NCBI GenBank assembly: GCA_964563735.1
Contig: CAZLXS010000002.1
Coordinates: 8,005-41,437, forward strand
Reading direction: 5' to 3'
DNA from: an uncultured Candidatus Saccharibacteria bacterium
GTDB taxonomy: Bacteria > Patescibacteriota > Minisyncoccia > UBA6257 > 2-01-FULL-56-20
DNA length: 33,433 nt
Shown here one piece after another: positions 8,846-17,152 of the stretch (positions are counted from its first letter, which is position 1; the number at the start of each line of letters is the position of its first letter). A program made the translations under genes and the position numbers. The notes beneath the pieces were generated by a model. That model had not been told where the DNA came from, ran no database searches, and saw nothing but the letters and a program-made list of their open reading frames with translations.

Positions 8846-8914
8846 TTAAGAATTTTTAATTTCTAAATATTTTTAAAATTAATTATTGGGATTTGATTAG
8901 AAATTAGTAATTAC
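8834..8914. repeat. AT-rich stop-codon-abutting hairpin repeat, copy X1
   Basis: Its reverse complement matches 15308-15411 and 14397-14441. Internal inverted arms are TAATTTCTAA (8857-8866) and TTAGAAATTA (8897-8906). Confidence 0.8.
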
Positions 8915-8965
8915 AAATTTGTCATTTTAATCAAGCGGTGGAGGTTGGAAGGATTGATTTTTAAA

Positions 8966-8973
8966 GCTATAAT
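8966..8973 (+). promoter_or_regulatory. GCTATAAT box 8 nt before the gltX ATG
   Basis: GCTATAATTAGAGA nearly matches GCTACAATTAGAGA upstream of the giant gene. Confidence 0.45.
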
Positions 8974-8981
8974 TAGAGATC

Positions 8982-10427
8982 ATGGCATCTGATCTTGAGG
9001 GTGGGGTGAGGGTGCGAATGGCGCCATCTCCCACTGGACAATTGCATATAGGTACAGCTAGAACCGCCCTTTTTAATTGGCTTTTTGCTAGAAAAAACAA
9101 GGGAGTTTTTGTTTTGAGAATTGAAGATACCGATACAGAAAGATCAAAAAAAGAGTTTGAACAGGAAATTTTTGAGGGTTTTAAATGGCTAGGTATTGAT
9201 TGGGATGAGGGGCCAAGTGAAACTGGGTTTTCTGGTAAATACGGTCCTTATCGACAGAGTGAGCGGACAATTATTTATAGAAAATATTTAGAACAACTTT
9301 TAGCGGAAAAAAAAGCCTATTATTGTTATTGCACAAAAGAAGAATTAGAGGCGGCTAGGAATTCAATGCTCACTGATGGATTGCCTCCAAAATACAATGG
9401 ACATTGTCGAAATTTAGAGAGTGCTCCGACTGATCGATCGGCTAATTTAATACGTTTTGTCGTCTCGGGCGAGAAAGTTCGATTTGTAGATTTGATTCGA
9501 GGCGAGGTTTCTTTTGATTCGGAACTTTTTGGAGACATAGTTATCGCGAAGAGTTTGGACGAACCACTTTATAATTTTGCAGTGGTCGTGGACGATGAAC
9601 TTATGAAGATTTCCCACGTTATTAGAGGAGAAGATCATCTATCAAACACCCCAAAGCAGATTTTGATTCAGAAGGCACTTGATTTTAAGGTGCCGGTTTA
9701 TGCTCATTTGCCACTTATTTTAGCACCGGACAAAAGCAAGCTTTCTAAGCGCTACGGAGAGACCTCGTTGCTTTTATATCGAGAGAAAGGATATCTGCCG
9801 GAAGCCTTATTGAATTTTATGGTGCTTTTGGGTTGGCACCCAGAAAATGATCAAGAGATTTTTAGCGTTGAAGAATTAGTCCAGAAATTTGAAATGGAGA
9901 GGGTTCAAAAGTCTGGTGCCGTGTTTAATGAAGATAAATTGGATTGGTTGAATGGAAATTACATCAAGAGCAAAGCAAGTGTTGATCTGGTGGAGTTGCT
10001 TTGGCCGGAAATAGAAAAAAGAGGTATTCAGACGACAAAAGATTTTGTTTTAAAAATTATTGAGACAGAAAAAGAACGTCTTAAAACTTTAGCTGATTTT
10101 TTTGAAATGGCCGATTTCTTTTTTGTTTTACCAGAATACGAAAAAGAACTTTTAATTTGGAAAGAATCTAATAATGAGGAAGCAAAACAAATTTTGCAAA
10201 AAATTAAAGATAGATTAAGTGAAATTCCAACAGAGATATTTAATAAAGATCACATCACCCCAATACTAGAAGAACTTTCCGGAGAAGGGGGGAGGGGACG
10301 ATTTTTTTGGCCCTTCCGAGTAGCTCTTTCCGGAAAGAAGGGATCGCCAGATCCGGTGACGATTGCCGAGATTTTGGGGAAGAATGAGGTTTTAGAGCGG
10401 TTAAATTTCTCTATTGACAAATTATAA
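8982..10427 (+). CDS. gltX: glutamate--tRNA ligase
   Basis: RMAPSPTGQLHIGTARTALFNW (HIGH motif), KLSKR (KMSKS motif) and VIRGEDHLSNTP. Confidence 0.9.
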   Translation: MASDLEGGVRVRMAPSPTGQLHIGTARTALFNWLFARKNKGVFVLRIEDTDTERSKKEFEQEIFEGFKWLGIDWDEGPSETGFSGKYGPYRQSERTIIYRKYLEQLLAEKKAYYCYCTKEELEAARNSMLTDGLPPKYNGHCRNLESAPTDRSANLIRFVVSGEKVRFVDLIRGEVSFDSELFGDIVIAKSLDEPLYNFAVVVDDELMKISHVIRGEDHLSNTPKQILIQKALDFKVPVYAHLPLILAPDKSKLSKRYGETSLLLYREKGYLPEALLNFMVLLGWHPENDQEIFSVEELVQKFEMERVQKSGAVFNEDKLDWLNGNYIKSKASVDLVELLWPEIEKRGIQTTKDFVLKIIETEKERLKTLADFFEMADFFFVLPEYEKELLIWKESNNEEAKQILQKIKDRLSEIPTEIFNKDHITPILEELSGEGGRGRFFWPFRVALSGKKGSPDPVTIAEILGKNEVLERLNFSIDKL

Positions 10428-10432
10428 TCATT

Positions 10433-11728
10433 ATGTTTTTAAGCAAAAATAGTTTTTTAGCTTTGATCTTCGGAGGGATTTTTCTTTTGGGCTTGTTTTC
10501 TTTCGGCTCAGTTTGGGCTCAGAGTCTTAATAATGAAGACTTAAATAATTTAAAATCTGATTTGGAGTCAAAAATAAAAATTCAAAATCAAGAATTAGAA
10601 AGTTTGAACCGACAGATGGCTGAAGTTCAAGCAAAGCTAAAAAATACCAAAGACGAGCGCCAAACTCTACAGAAAGAGTTAACAAGGATAAGATCGAGTA
10701 TTGATCAGCTTAATTTAAATATTAAAGCGGATGAAGCTAGTATTAAGAAACTCAATCTAGAAATTGAGTCCTTGAATTTAGACATTAGCGACATTCAGAG
10801 ATCGATGTTGAACAAAGAAGAAGGTATTGCTAGTTTGCTTAAAAAAATTCAAAAAAACGATCGACAGAATTTTTTGATTACTTTTTTGAGCGAGAAAAGT
10901 TTAGTGGATGTAGTTTTTGCGGCTAATTCGATTTCGGAAATCAATAATCAATTGCTTTTAGAGATAGAAAATTTAGATAATTTAAATAAAGATTTATCGA
11001 ATAAGGTGGTGATCGTGAGTAATAAAAAATCAGAAATAACTTTGCGAAGACAGAACTTGGAAGCAAGAAAATTTATCGTTGAAGATCAGGAGGGAGAAAA
11101 AGCCACCTTGCTCGCTAATACTAAAAACAAAGAGAGTACTTATGAACAAGAATTGGCGGAGTTACGAAAAAAACAAGACGAAATAGCTGACGAGATTGAT
11201 CGAATCGAGAGTCAATTAAAAGCGAAATTTGATTCTAATCTATTGCCGACAGAACGAACCGGTTTTTTTGCTTGGCCAGTTTTACTTCGAAGCAATGGGG
11301 GACTTGGAACACTAACTCAGCATTTTGGTGAGGTTTCTGGCCTCTACAAGGGCAAACCTCACAATGGAATGGACATAGGTGCACCGGTGGGTACTCCAGT
11401 TGTGGCAGCTCAAGGTGGAAAAGTTATTGCGGTTGATGACAACGATTTGAGTAAATCTAGAAAATATCAGTACGGAAAATACGTTTTAATCGCGCACGAT
11501 AATAATTTCACAACACTGTATGCGCACTTGTCGCGCCAATCGGTGCGAGTGGGTGATGTGGTGAAATTGGGAGATTTAATTGGATATTCTGGGAGCACCG
11601 GATATAGTACTGGACCGCATTTGCATTTTGGACTTTATTGGGGGCCGAGTGTAAAAATGCAATCGGTGCCACCAGCAGCCGGACTTGTACCGGTCGGTGT
11701 GGTAATTGATCCGGAAAAATATTTATAA
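10433..11728 (+). CDS. secreted coiled-coil M23 (LytM-type) peptidase, EnvC-like architecture
   Basis: Signal peptide, about 250 aa of heptad-rich sequence, then HNGMDIGAPVGTPV and GSTGYSTGPHLHF. Metal ligands are retained. Confidence 0.85.
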   Translation: MFLSKNSFLALIFGGIFLLGLFSFGSVWAQSLNNEDLNNLKSDLESKIKIQNQELESLNRQMAEVQAKLKNTKDERQTLQKELTRIRSSIDQLNLNIKADEASIKKLNLEIESLNLDISDIQRSMLNKEEGIASLLKKIQKNDRQNFLITFLSEKSLVDVVFAANSISEINNQLLLEIENLDNLNKDLSNKVVIVSNKKSEITLRRQNLEARKFIVEDQEGEKATLLANTKNKESTYEQELAELRKKQDEIADEIDRIESQLKAKFDSNLLPTERTGFFAWPVLLRSNGGLGTLTQHFGEVSGLYKGKPHNGMDIGAPVGTPVVAAQGGKVIAVDDNDLSKSRKYQYGKYVLIAHDNNFTTLYAHLSRQSVRVGDVVKLGDLIGYSGSTGYSTGPHLHFGLYWGPSVKMQSVPPAAGLVPVGVVIDPEKYL

Positions 11729-11739
11729 AAAACAAATTT

Positions 11740-12120
11740 ATGAAAATTAAAAATATAATATACGCGGTGATTTTTATAACCTTGCTTAGTAATTTTTATT
11801 TGCCAATAGAAAGAGTGTTGGCGCAAATGGATTCCGAATTATACCCGAAAACAGCTGATCAGGCCCTTGAGGAGATTCTAGAACCAACGAAAACTGGCCT
11901 CTTTTCAAAAATTAAAGAATTTATAGTTGATCTACCAAACAAGATTACAGAATTAGGTTTTGATAAGATTAAAAATTTCGCTCTAAATATTTTTGAGATA
12001 ATAAGTGAATGGTTTGAAAATACAACTGGAATAAGTTTAGGAGAAGTGTGGGGGCTCGTGTCAAAGTTATTAATCTGGATATTTGAATTTGTAAAAGGTC
12101 TGATTGATAGGATCATTTAA
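11740..12120 (+). CDS. hypothetical small membrane/secreted protein
   Basis: N-terminal hydrophobic helix. Packed into the operon 11 nt after the M23 gene. No recognisable motif. Confidence 0.5.
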   Translation: MKIKNIIYAVIFITLLSNFYLPIERVLAQMDSELYPKTADQALEEILEPTKTGLFSKIKEFIVDLPNKITELGFDKIKNFALNIFEIISEWFENTTGISLGEVWGLVSKLLIWIFEFVKGLIDRII

Positions 12121-12145
12121 ATGAAGCGGATGAGTTTATATATAG

Positions 12146-12177
12146 ATATGTCGCAAAATCTACATTGTGCGACATAT
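12146..12177. repeat. perfect 10-bp inverted repeat ATATGTCGCA-N12-TGCGACATAT
   Basis: Read directly from the sequence, 17 nt upstream of the murC ATG. No T-run follows. Confidence 0.7.
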
Positions 12178-12193
12178 ATAGTAATGGAAAACC

Positions 12194-13588
12194 ATGCCTA
12201 AAACAGCTTCCCCTCTTAAACCAGCGGCTCATTTTATTGGGATCGGTGGAATTGGAATTAGCGCTTTAGCGCGCTGGTTTTTGGCTCAAAATTGGGCTGT
12301 GACGGGCTCGGATATCCAAAATAGCACCCTAATTGAAGAACTTCGAAAAGAAGGCGTAATTATTAAAATTGGACATAATGCTAAAAACCTTCCCAAAAAA
12401 CTGGAAATGGTGATTTTTAGTCCAGCAATTAAGGAAGATAACCCCGAGATAATAGAAGCAAAGAAGAAAGGAATTAAGCCACTTTCCTACCCCGAAACAG
12501 TGGGTTGCTTAACGAAGGTTTATAAAACAATCGCTATTGCCGGAAGCCATGGAAAGAGTACAACAACGGCGATGCTTGGCTTGGTTTTAATTGAGGCTGG
12601 ATTGGATCCCAATATAATTGTCGGAACAAAATTAAAAGAGCTCGACAACTCTAATTTTCGTTTTGGCAAATCGAAATGGTTGCTTTTGGAAGCCGATGAG
12701 TGGCAAGCTTCTTTTTTGAATTACTTTCCCACCCTTCTTGTTATTACGAATATTGATTTAGAGCATTTGGATTTTTATAAAAATTTAGAAGCGGTGAAGA
12801 AAACTTTTTTAAAATTTATTAATAACGTGCAAAGTGGTGGTGCTTTGATTCTGAATAAAGACGATAGAAATATTAGAGCTCTAACTCCACAGATCGAAAA
12901 AATTACCAAAGACAAATCAATTTCGATCTATTGGTATAGTTCGAAAAATTCTCTTCGTTCAAAAAACGATTTTAAAGATAAATTAAAGAAAAGTTTAAAT
13001 ATTCCCGGAGAGCATAATTTTTCCAATGCTCTTGCGGTCTTTACTTTGGCTAGAACAGTATTAGAGATTGAACCAAAGACGATCTATAATGCTTTGAATT
13101 CATACAAGGGCGCTTGGCGGAGGATGGAATACAAGGGTGAGTTTAAGACGAGGAAAATGAGCATTCCGATTTTTGATGATTATGCTCATCATCCAACAGA
13201 AATTAGGGCTACCCTACAAGCTTTTCGAGAGAAATACCACCAATCCCCGCTTGTAGTTGTTTATCAGCCCCATCAGGCCAAACGATTAAAAAATTTATAT
13301 TCAGAATTTATAAAATCTTTTGATCAGGCTGATTTCCTAATTTTTACTCCAATTTATGAAGTGGCTGGACGAGACAAGCAACCATCTGTTTTCACCTCAG
13401 AAAAACTCTCTAGAGATTTACTTAAAATTTATCCGAAGCGAAAAATTTATTATTTAAGCGAACCTAAAAAAATAAAAGAATTTTTGATTAATGAATTGGG
13501 AACGGATTTAGAAAAAAAGAAACCGATTATCATAATGATGGGGGCGGGAGACATCGCTAACTATACTCCCCTACTTTTGTCTAAGTAG
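12194..13588 (+). CDS. murC: UDP-N-acetylmuramate--L-alanine ligase
   Basis: HFIGIGGIGISALARW, IAGSHGKSTTTAM, NIDLEHLDFY, PGEHNFSNALA and DDYAHHPTE. Confidence 0.9.
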   Translation: MPKTASPLKPAAHFIGIGGIGISALARWFLAQNWAVTGSDIQNSTLIEELRKEGVIIKIGHNAKNLPKKLEMVIFSPAIKEDNPEIIEAKKKGIKPLSYPETVGCLTKVYKTIAIAGSHGKSTTTAMLGLVLIEAGLDPNIIVGTKLKELDNSNFRFGKSKWLLLEADEWQASFLNYFPTLLVITNIDLEHLDFYKNLEAVKKTFLKFINNVQSGGALILNKDDRNIRALTPQIEKITKDKSISIYWYSSKNSLRSKNDFKDKLKKSLNIPGEHNFSNALAVFTLARTVLEIEPKTIYNALNSYKGAWRRMEYKGEFKTRKMSIPIFDDYAHHPTEIRATLQAFREKYHQSPLVVVYQPHQAKRLKNLYSEFIKSFDQADFLIFTPIYEVAGRDKQPSVFTSEKLSRDLLKIYPKRKIYYLSEPKKIKEFLINELGTDLEKKKPIIIMMGAGDIANYTPLLLSK

Positions 13589-13600
13589 ATTTTTTGGTTT

Positions 13601-13609
13601 TGATATAAT
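13601..13609 (+). promoter_or_regulatory. extended -10 box TGATATAAT, 11 nt before the ATG
   Basis: TGnTATAAT read directly from the sequence. Confidence 0.4.
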
Positions 13610-13620
13610 GGTAGGAATTT

Positions 13621-14382
13621 ATGATTGACTTTAAAGATGTTCACGAATTTAGAGAGAAATCTGGTTATGAGATCGAAGGAGTTTGGTATCCCCGTGTAAC
13701 TAAAATCGTAGAGATAAAAGCCAAGCCAGCTCTCTATAGGTTTTATGCTGGACTAAAAAATTTTGCCGAAGGAGAAATCATCAAGGAGAAATCGGCTTCT
13801 CATGGAACGATGGTGCACGAAGCGGTTCAGGCTATTATGCTTGGTAAAAAACCAGAATTTGATTTAGAAATAAAACCGGCAGTGTTGGCTTTCGAAAAAT
13901 TTTTAGAAAATAATCCAATTAAGGTCTTACCGGAGATGATCGAGCGCCGAGTGGTTAGTCACGATTATAGATATGCTGGAACAGTGGATGCAATCTTAGA
14001 AATGAATGGGAAATTTGGAGTTCTAGATATTAAAACTTCACAGTCAATTTATCGAGACTACAACCTCCAAACTGCGGCATATATGGAAGCTCTAAAAAAC
14101 AACTTTCATAATTTGCAAACGAGATGGATTCTTAAAATTGATCAACATCAAATTTGCGGACTTTGTTCTGCAAAGCGAAGAACGAAAGGTGGTAGAGAAA
14201 AAATAAAAACTAATTGGGGAGGTATTAATTGCAAAACTCACGAGTGGAATGAAGTAGTTGGTGACGTTGAGCTCCAAGAGTTTCCTTTTTGGCAAAGTGA
14301 TTTTGAAGCTTTTTTGGGAGCGAAGAAGTTGTGGGAATGGGAGAACGAATATTGGTTGAAGAAGATGGGGTACTTAGCCTAA
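13621..14382 (+). CDS. PD-(D/E)XK nuclease, RecB/Cas4-like core with a Cys-rich insert
   Basis: GTVD..VLDIKTS (D..DxK) followed by QTAAY (QxxxY). CxxC..CxxH insert at aa 179-207. Confidence 0.6.
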   Translation: MIDFKDVHEFREKSGYEIEGVWYPRVTKIVEIKAKPALYRFYAGLKNFAEGEIIKEKSASHGTMVHEAVQAIMLGKKPEFDLEIKPAVLAFEKFLENNPIKVLPEMIERRVVSHDYRYAGTVDAILEMNGKFGVLDIKTSQSIYRDYNLQTAAYMEALKNNFHNLQTRWILKIDQHQICGLCSAKRRTKGGREKIKTNWGGINCKTHEWNEVVGDVELQEFPFWQSDFEAFLGAKKLWEWENEYWLKKMGYLA

Positions 14383-14449
14383 GAATTTCTAATGTCTAAT
14401 TACTAATTTCTAACCAAATCCCAATAACTAATTTTAAAAATTTAAAATT
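14380..14449. repeat. AT-rich stop-codon-abutting repeat, copy X2
   Basis: TAAGAATTTCTAA starts at the stop codon. 14397-14441 matches the reverse complement of X1 with 2 mismatches. Confidence 0.75.
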
Positions 14450-14496
14450 GTTGAGATGGTTCTAGATATTGGATCCCTTCGATCGTTTTAATTTTT

Positions 14497-14522
14497 CCTC
14501 CGAAGGAGGATCTGCCTCCGGC
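14497..14522. repeat. GC-rich two-hairpin repeat, copy B
   Basis: CCTCCGAAGGAGGATCTGCCTCCGGC in AT-rich spacer between convergent genes. Confidence 0.8.
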
Positions 14523-14653
14523 ATAATAACTTCTGAATTTTTAATTCAAAAACATCCGATACTCGCCTCATTTAGAACACTTAGAACATCTCACATCCAA
14601 CTTCTTAAAAGAATTTTATACCCTAAACCCTAGTGGCTATACCCTATCTTTAC

Positions 14654-14812
14654 TTATGGTGTGGAGCATTTTTGGATAATAATGGGGGCGTGGTTTAATT
14701 CTCGGCTGATTAAATAGCCGGAGCCAAAACTTAAAAAAACAACCAAAAAAGTAATGATTAGGAGGGTAATTTGACGTTTGTTTTTGGAGGCCCACTCCCC
14801 TACTTTTGACAT
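14654..14812 (-). CDS. hypothetical 52-aa single-TM protein, absent from the ORF track
   Basis: MSKVGEWASKNKRQITLLIITFLVVFLSFGSGYLISRELNHAPIIIQKCSTP. TATAAT lies 8 nt upstream of the ATG. Charged N terminus followed by one hydrophobic helix. Confidence 0.35.
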   Translation of the reverse strand: MSKVGEWASKNKRQITLLIITFLVVFLSFGSGYLISRELNHAPIIIQKCSTP

Positions 14813-14938
14813 TTCCCTAGATTATATAATATAATAGTCTGGACTTAAAACTGTAAAGGAGTGTGGTATTTTGCCTTTTTTAGACTAATGGAGATTGGTG
14901 AGGTACCCAAATTTATTAAATAAAAAATTTAGAAAAAT

Positions 14939-15211
14939 ATGGCACATACTCAATCGGGCGGCTCTACTAAGTTAGGTCGCGACTCTCGATCCAAGAGATT
15001 GGGAGTAAAAATTCAGGATGGAGAAAGGGTTTTAACTGGTCAGGTTATTATTCGTCAGAGAGGAACAAAATATTTGCCCGGTAAAAATATCGGCCGTGGA
15101 GGCGATGATACTCTTTTTGCACTTCGAGATGGAGTAATTAAATTTACTTCTAAAATCAAGCAGAGGTTTGATGGAAAATCTAGAAGAGCGACGGTGGTGA
15201 ATGTGGTGTAA
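14939..15211 (+). CDS. rpmA: 50S ribosomal protein L27
   Basis: [24 protein letters not shown]...[26 protein letters not shown]. Confidence 0.95.
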   Translation: MAHTQSGGSTKLGRDSRSKRLGVKIQDGERVLTGQVIIRQRGTKYLPGKNIGRGGDDTLFALRDGVIKFTSKIKQRFDGKSRRATVVNVV

Positions 15212-15242
15212 GAATTAGCCAATAGCCAATTCCCCTGGAGGA

Positions 15243-15307
15243 GCCTGCCTGTCCCTGCCTACCGGCAGGCAGGCGGTAGGCAGGGATCCGCCTCAGGCGG
15301 AAATCCC
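15243..15307. repeat. GC-rich palindrome (family 2) fused to a family-1 second hairpin, copy D
   Basis: CCTGCCTACCG-GCAGGCAGG-CGGTAGGCAGG (15254-15284), then CCGCC-TCA-GGCGG (15288-15300). Lies between convergent rpmA and rplI. Confidence 0.8.
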
Positions 15308-15411
15308 TAATTACTGATTTCTAATCTCTCGACAAAGCTCGGGACAAGTGAAACTCCAATAATTAATTTTAAAAATATTTAGAAACTAAAAATTCTTAGT
15401 TAGTCATTCAC
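15308..15411. repeat. AT-rich stop-codon-abutting repeat, copy X3, with a 24-nt internal insertion
   Basis: Matches the reverse complement of 8834-8914. The extra 24 nt TCTCGACAAAGCTCGGGACAAGTG lie at 15327-15350. The repeat overlaps the rplI stop codon. Confidence 0.8.
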
Positions 15412-15857
15412 GCTTCTTTCTCTACTCTAATCTTTAGGGTTGCGGAGACTCCTTTTTTAAAATGAACTTCGATTTCGTGTTCGCCGAAGGTTCTAATGGG
15501 GCGCTCTAGTTTTATCTCGATTTTAGTGCTATCTAATAATTTATTTTTTTGGAGAGCTTTTTGGATCTGATCTTTGGAAACAGAGCCAAAGGGATGATTT
15601 TTGTCGTCGGCTTTTAACTTAAAAATCAGCGGAGCTTTTTTTAAATTAAGAGCAACCGCTTTTAAATGCTCTAAAAAATCTTGTTCTTCTTTTTTGGTGG
15701 TTTGGAGAATTAGGTTTATTTTTTTAACCGAAATTTCATCGGCTGGAACGGCTAATTTTTTGGGGAAAAGCATATTCCTAGCATAACCATCAGAGACTTC
15801 CTTGAGATCAAATTTTTTTCCTAATTTTGGAATATCTTGATTCAAAATAACCTTCAT
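15408..15857 (-). CDS. rplI: 50S ribosomal protein L9
   Basis: MKVILNQDIPKLGKKFDLKEVSDGYARNMLFPKKLAVPA. 149 aa. Confidence 0.9.
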   Translation of the reverse strand: MKVILNQDIPKLGKKFDLKEVSDGYARNMLFPKKLAVPADEISVKKINLILQTTKKEEQDFLEHLKAVALNLKKAPLIFKLKADDKNHPFGSVSKDQIQKALQKNKLLDSTKIEIKLERPIRTFGEHEIEVHFKKGVSATLKIRVEKEA

Positions 15858-17060
15858 TTATTTAATTTTTGTTTTTATGATCTCAAAAGCTTTGTCTAGT
15901 TGAGGATCTTTTTCTGGATCTTCTGATTCCCCTACTTCGATGTCTGGAGCAATGCCGTCGCCTTCTAGAATTTTTCCACTTGGTAAAACCCAGTGAGCAA
16001 TAGTTATCTTTAATTTAGATCCGTCGATTAAGTCTTCAAGTGTTTGGACAGTCCCTTTGCCATAAGTTTTTTCTCCAATTAATTTAATGGAACGATTATC
16101 GTGAAGGGCTCCGGCTAAAATTTCGGAAGCTGAGGCAGAACCACCATTCACTAGAATAACAACTGGGAAGTCCTTTAATTCTCCGTCTTTGGATGCTTTG
16201 TAAACCCTAGATTCTTCTTTGATTCGTGACTCTTCTTTAACAATAATATCCCCTTTCTCAAGGAAGGCGCCAGCTAGATCAACTGCAACATCAAGATATC
16301 CGCCTGGGTTGTTGCGAAGATCAAGGATAATTCCTTTCGCACCCTGGCTTAGGGCATTGTTAATTTCCGTTTCGGTCAAGCTTAAGGTGTTTTGATTGAA
16401 GCTGAAGATAGAAAGATGAGCAATATTATTTTTCAGCTCTAATTCAACTGTTGGGACTACGATCGTATTTCGCTTAATGGAAAATTCTTTGGGCTTATCC
16501 CAATCATCTCTAAAAATTAAAAGATTAACCGTGCTACCAATTGGTCCTCGAATCATGCTAACGGCTTGGTCAATGGTTAATCCATAACTAGCCTCTTTGT
16601 TGATTTCTATGATTTTGTCTCCTGGTTTTAAGCCGGCTTGGCTAGCGGGAGAATTTTTAAGGGGAGAGATGACGGTGAGTTGATCCTTCCTAATGCCAAT
16701 TTCAGCTCCGATTCCACCAAAATGACCCTGAACATCTTCTTCGAATTTTTTGCCGTCTTCCGGGCTAAAAAATTGAGAATATGGATCCCCCATCGAGGCA
16801 ATCATACCGGAGATGGCTCCATAAATCCTGTTTTCTGAAGAAATTTTTTCGCCAGAAATATGAAATTTGCTGATTTTATCCCAAGCTTGCCAAAAGAGTT
16901 TGAAGTCAGCGGGAGTGCTGCTGGAGTTAATATTTTTAACTTCGGAGATCTGGATATTTTGAGGAAACCTCTCTCCTGATTTAAAACCAATAAAAAATGA
17001 TCCGATCACTAGAATGGTGACCGAGACAATGACAGCGGTGGTGGTTAGATTTTTTTTCAT
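15858..17060 (-). CDS. ctpA: carboxy-terminal processing protease, S41 family with PDZ domain
   Basis: GGIGAEI, PDZ segment GLKPGDKIIEIN, LVNGGSASASEILAGAL and GKGTVQ. Confidence 0.85.
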   Translation of the reverse strand: MKKNLTTTAVIVSVTILVIGSFFIGFKSGERFPQNIQISEVKNINSSSTPADFKLFWQAWDKISKFHISGEKISSENRIYGAISGMIASMGDPYSQFFSPEDGKKFEEDVQGHFGGIGAEIGIRKDQLTVISPLKNSPASQAGLKPGDKIIEINKEASYGLTIDQAVSMIRGPIGSTVNLLIFRDDWDKPKEFSIKRNTIVVPTVELELKNNIAHLSIFSFNQNTLSLTETEINNALSQGAKGIILDLRNNPGGYLDVAVDLAGAFLEKGDIIVKEESRIKEESRVYKASKDGELKDFPVVILVNGGSASASEILAGALHDNRSIKLIGEKTYGKGTVQTLEDLIDGSKLKITIAHWVLPSGKILEGDGIAPDIEVGESEDPEKDPQLDKAFEIIKTKIK

Positions 17061-17074
17061 GAGCTTTAAGCCCG

Positions 17075-17082
17075 ATTATAGC
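17075..17082 (-). promoter_or_regulatory. GCTATAAT box 14 nt before the ctpA ATG
   Basis: The minus strand reads TTGGCTATAATCGGGCTTAAAGCTCATG. Confidence 0.4.
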
Positions 17083-17152
17083 CAAAATTCTTTAATCTAA
17101 CAAATCCGGGGTTAATTTGATCTTGATTTGATTATGCAATACAATCTTCTTA

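Noticed and set aside
14497-14522. Resemblance of GAAGGAGGATCTGCC to the complement of the 16S rRNA 3' end, which might indicate an rRNA fragment.
   Set aside because: The similarity is limited to the SD/anti-SD core plus a few bases. No other rRNA sequence flanks any copy.
14523-14653. A known structured RNA (SRP, 6S, RNase P, tmRNA or riboswitch) in the long spacer.
   Set aside because: I could not find any of the conserved core motifs by eye. It is left as an open question in the findings rather than called as a feature.
14497-15307. Whether the GC-rich repeats are a CRISPR array.
   Set aside because: The copies are hundreds to thousands of nt apart and have different compositions. There is no regular repeat-spacer periodicity and no cas genes are present.
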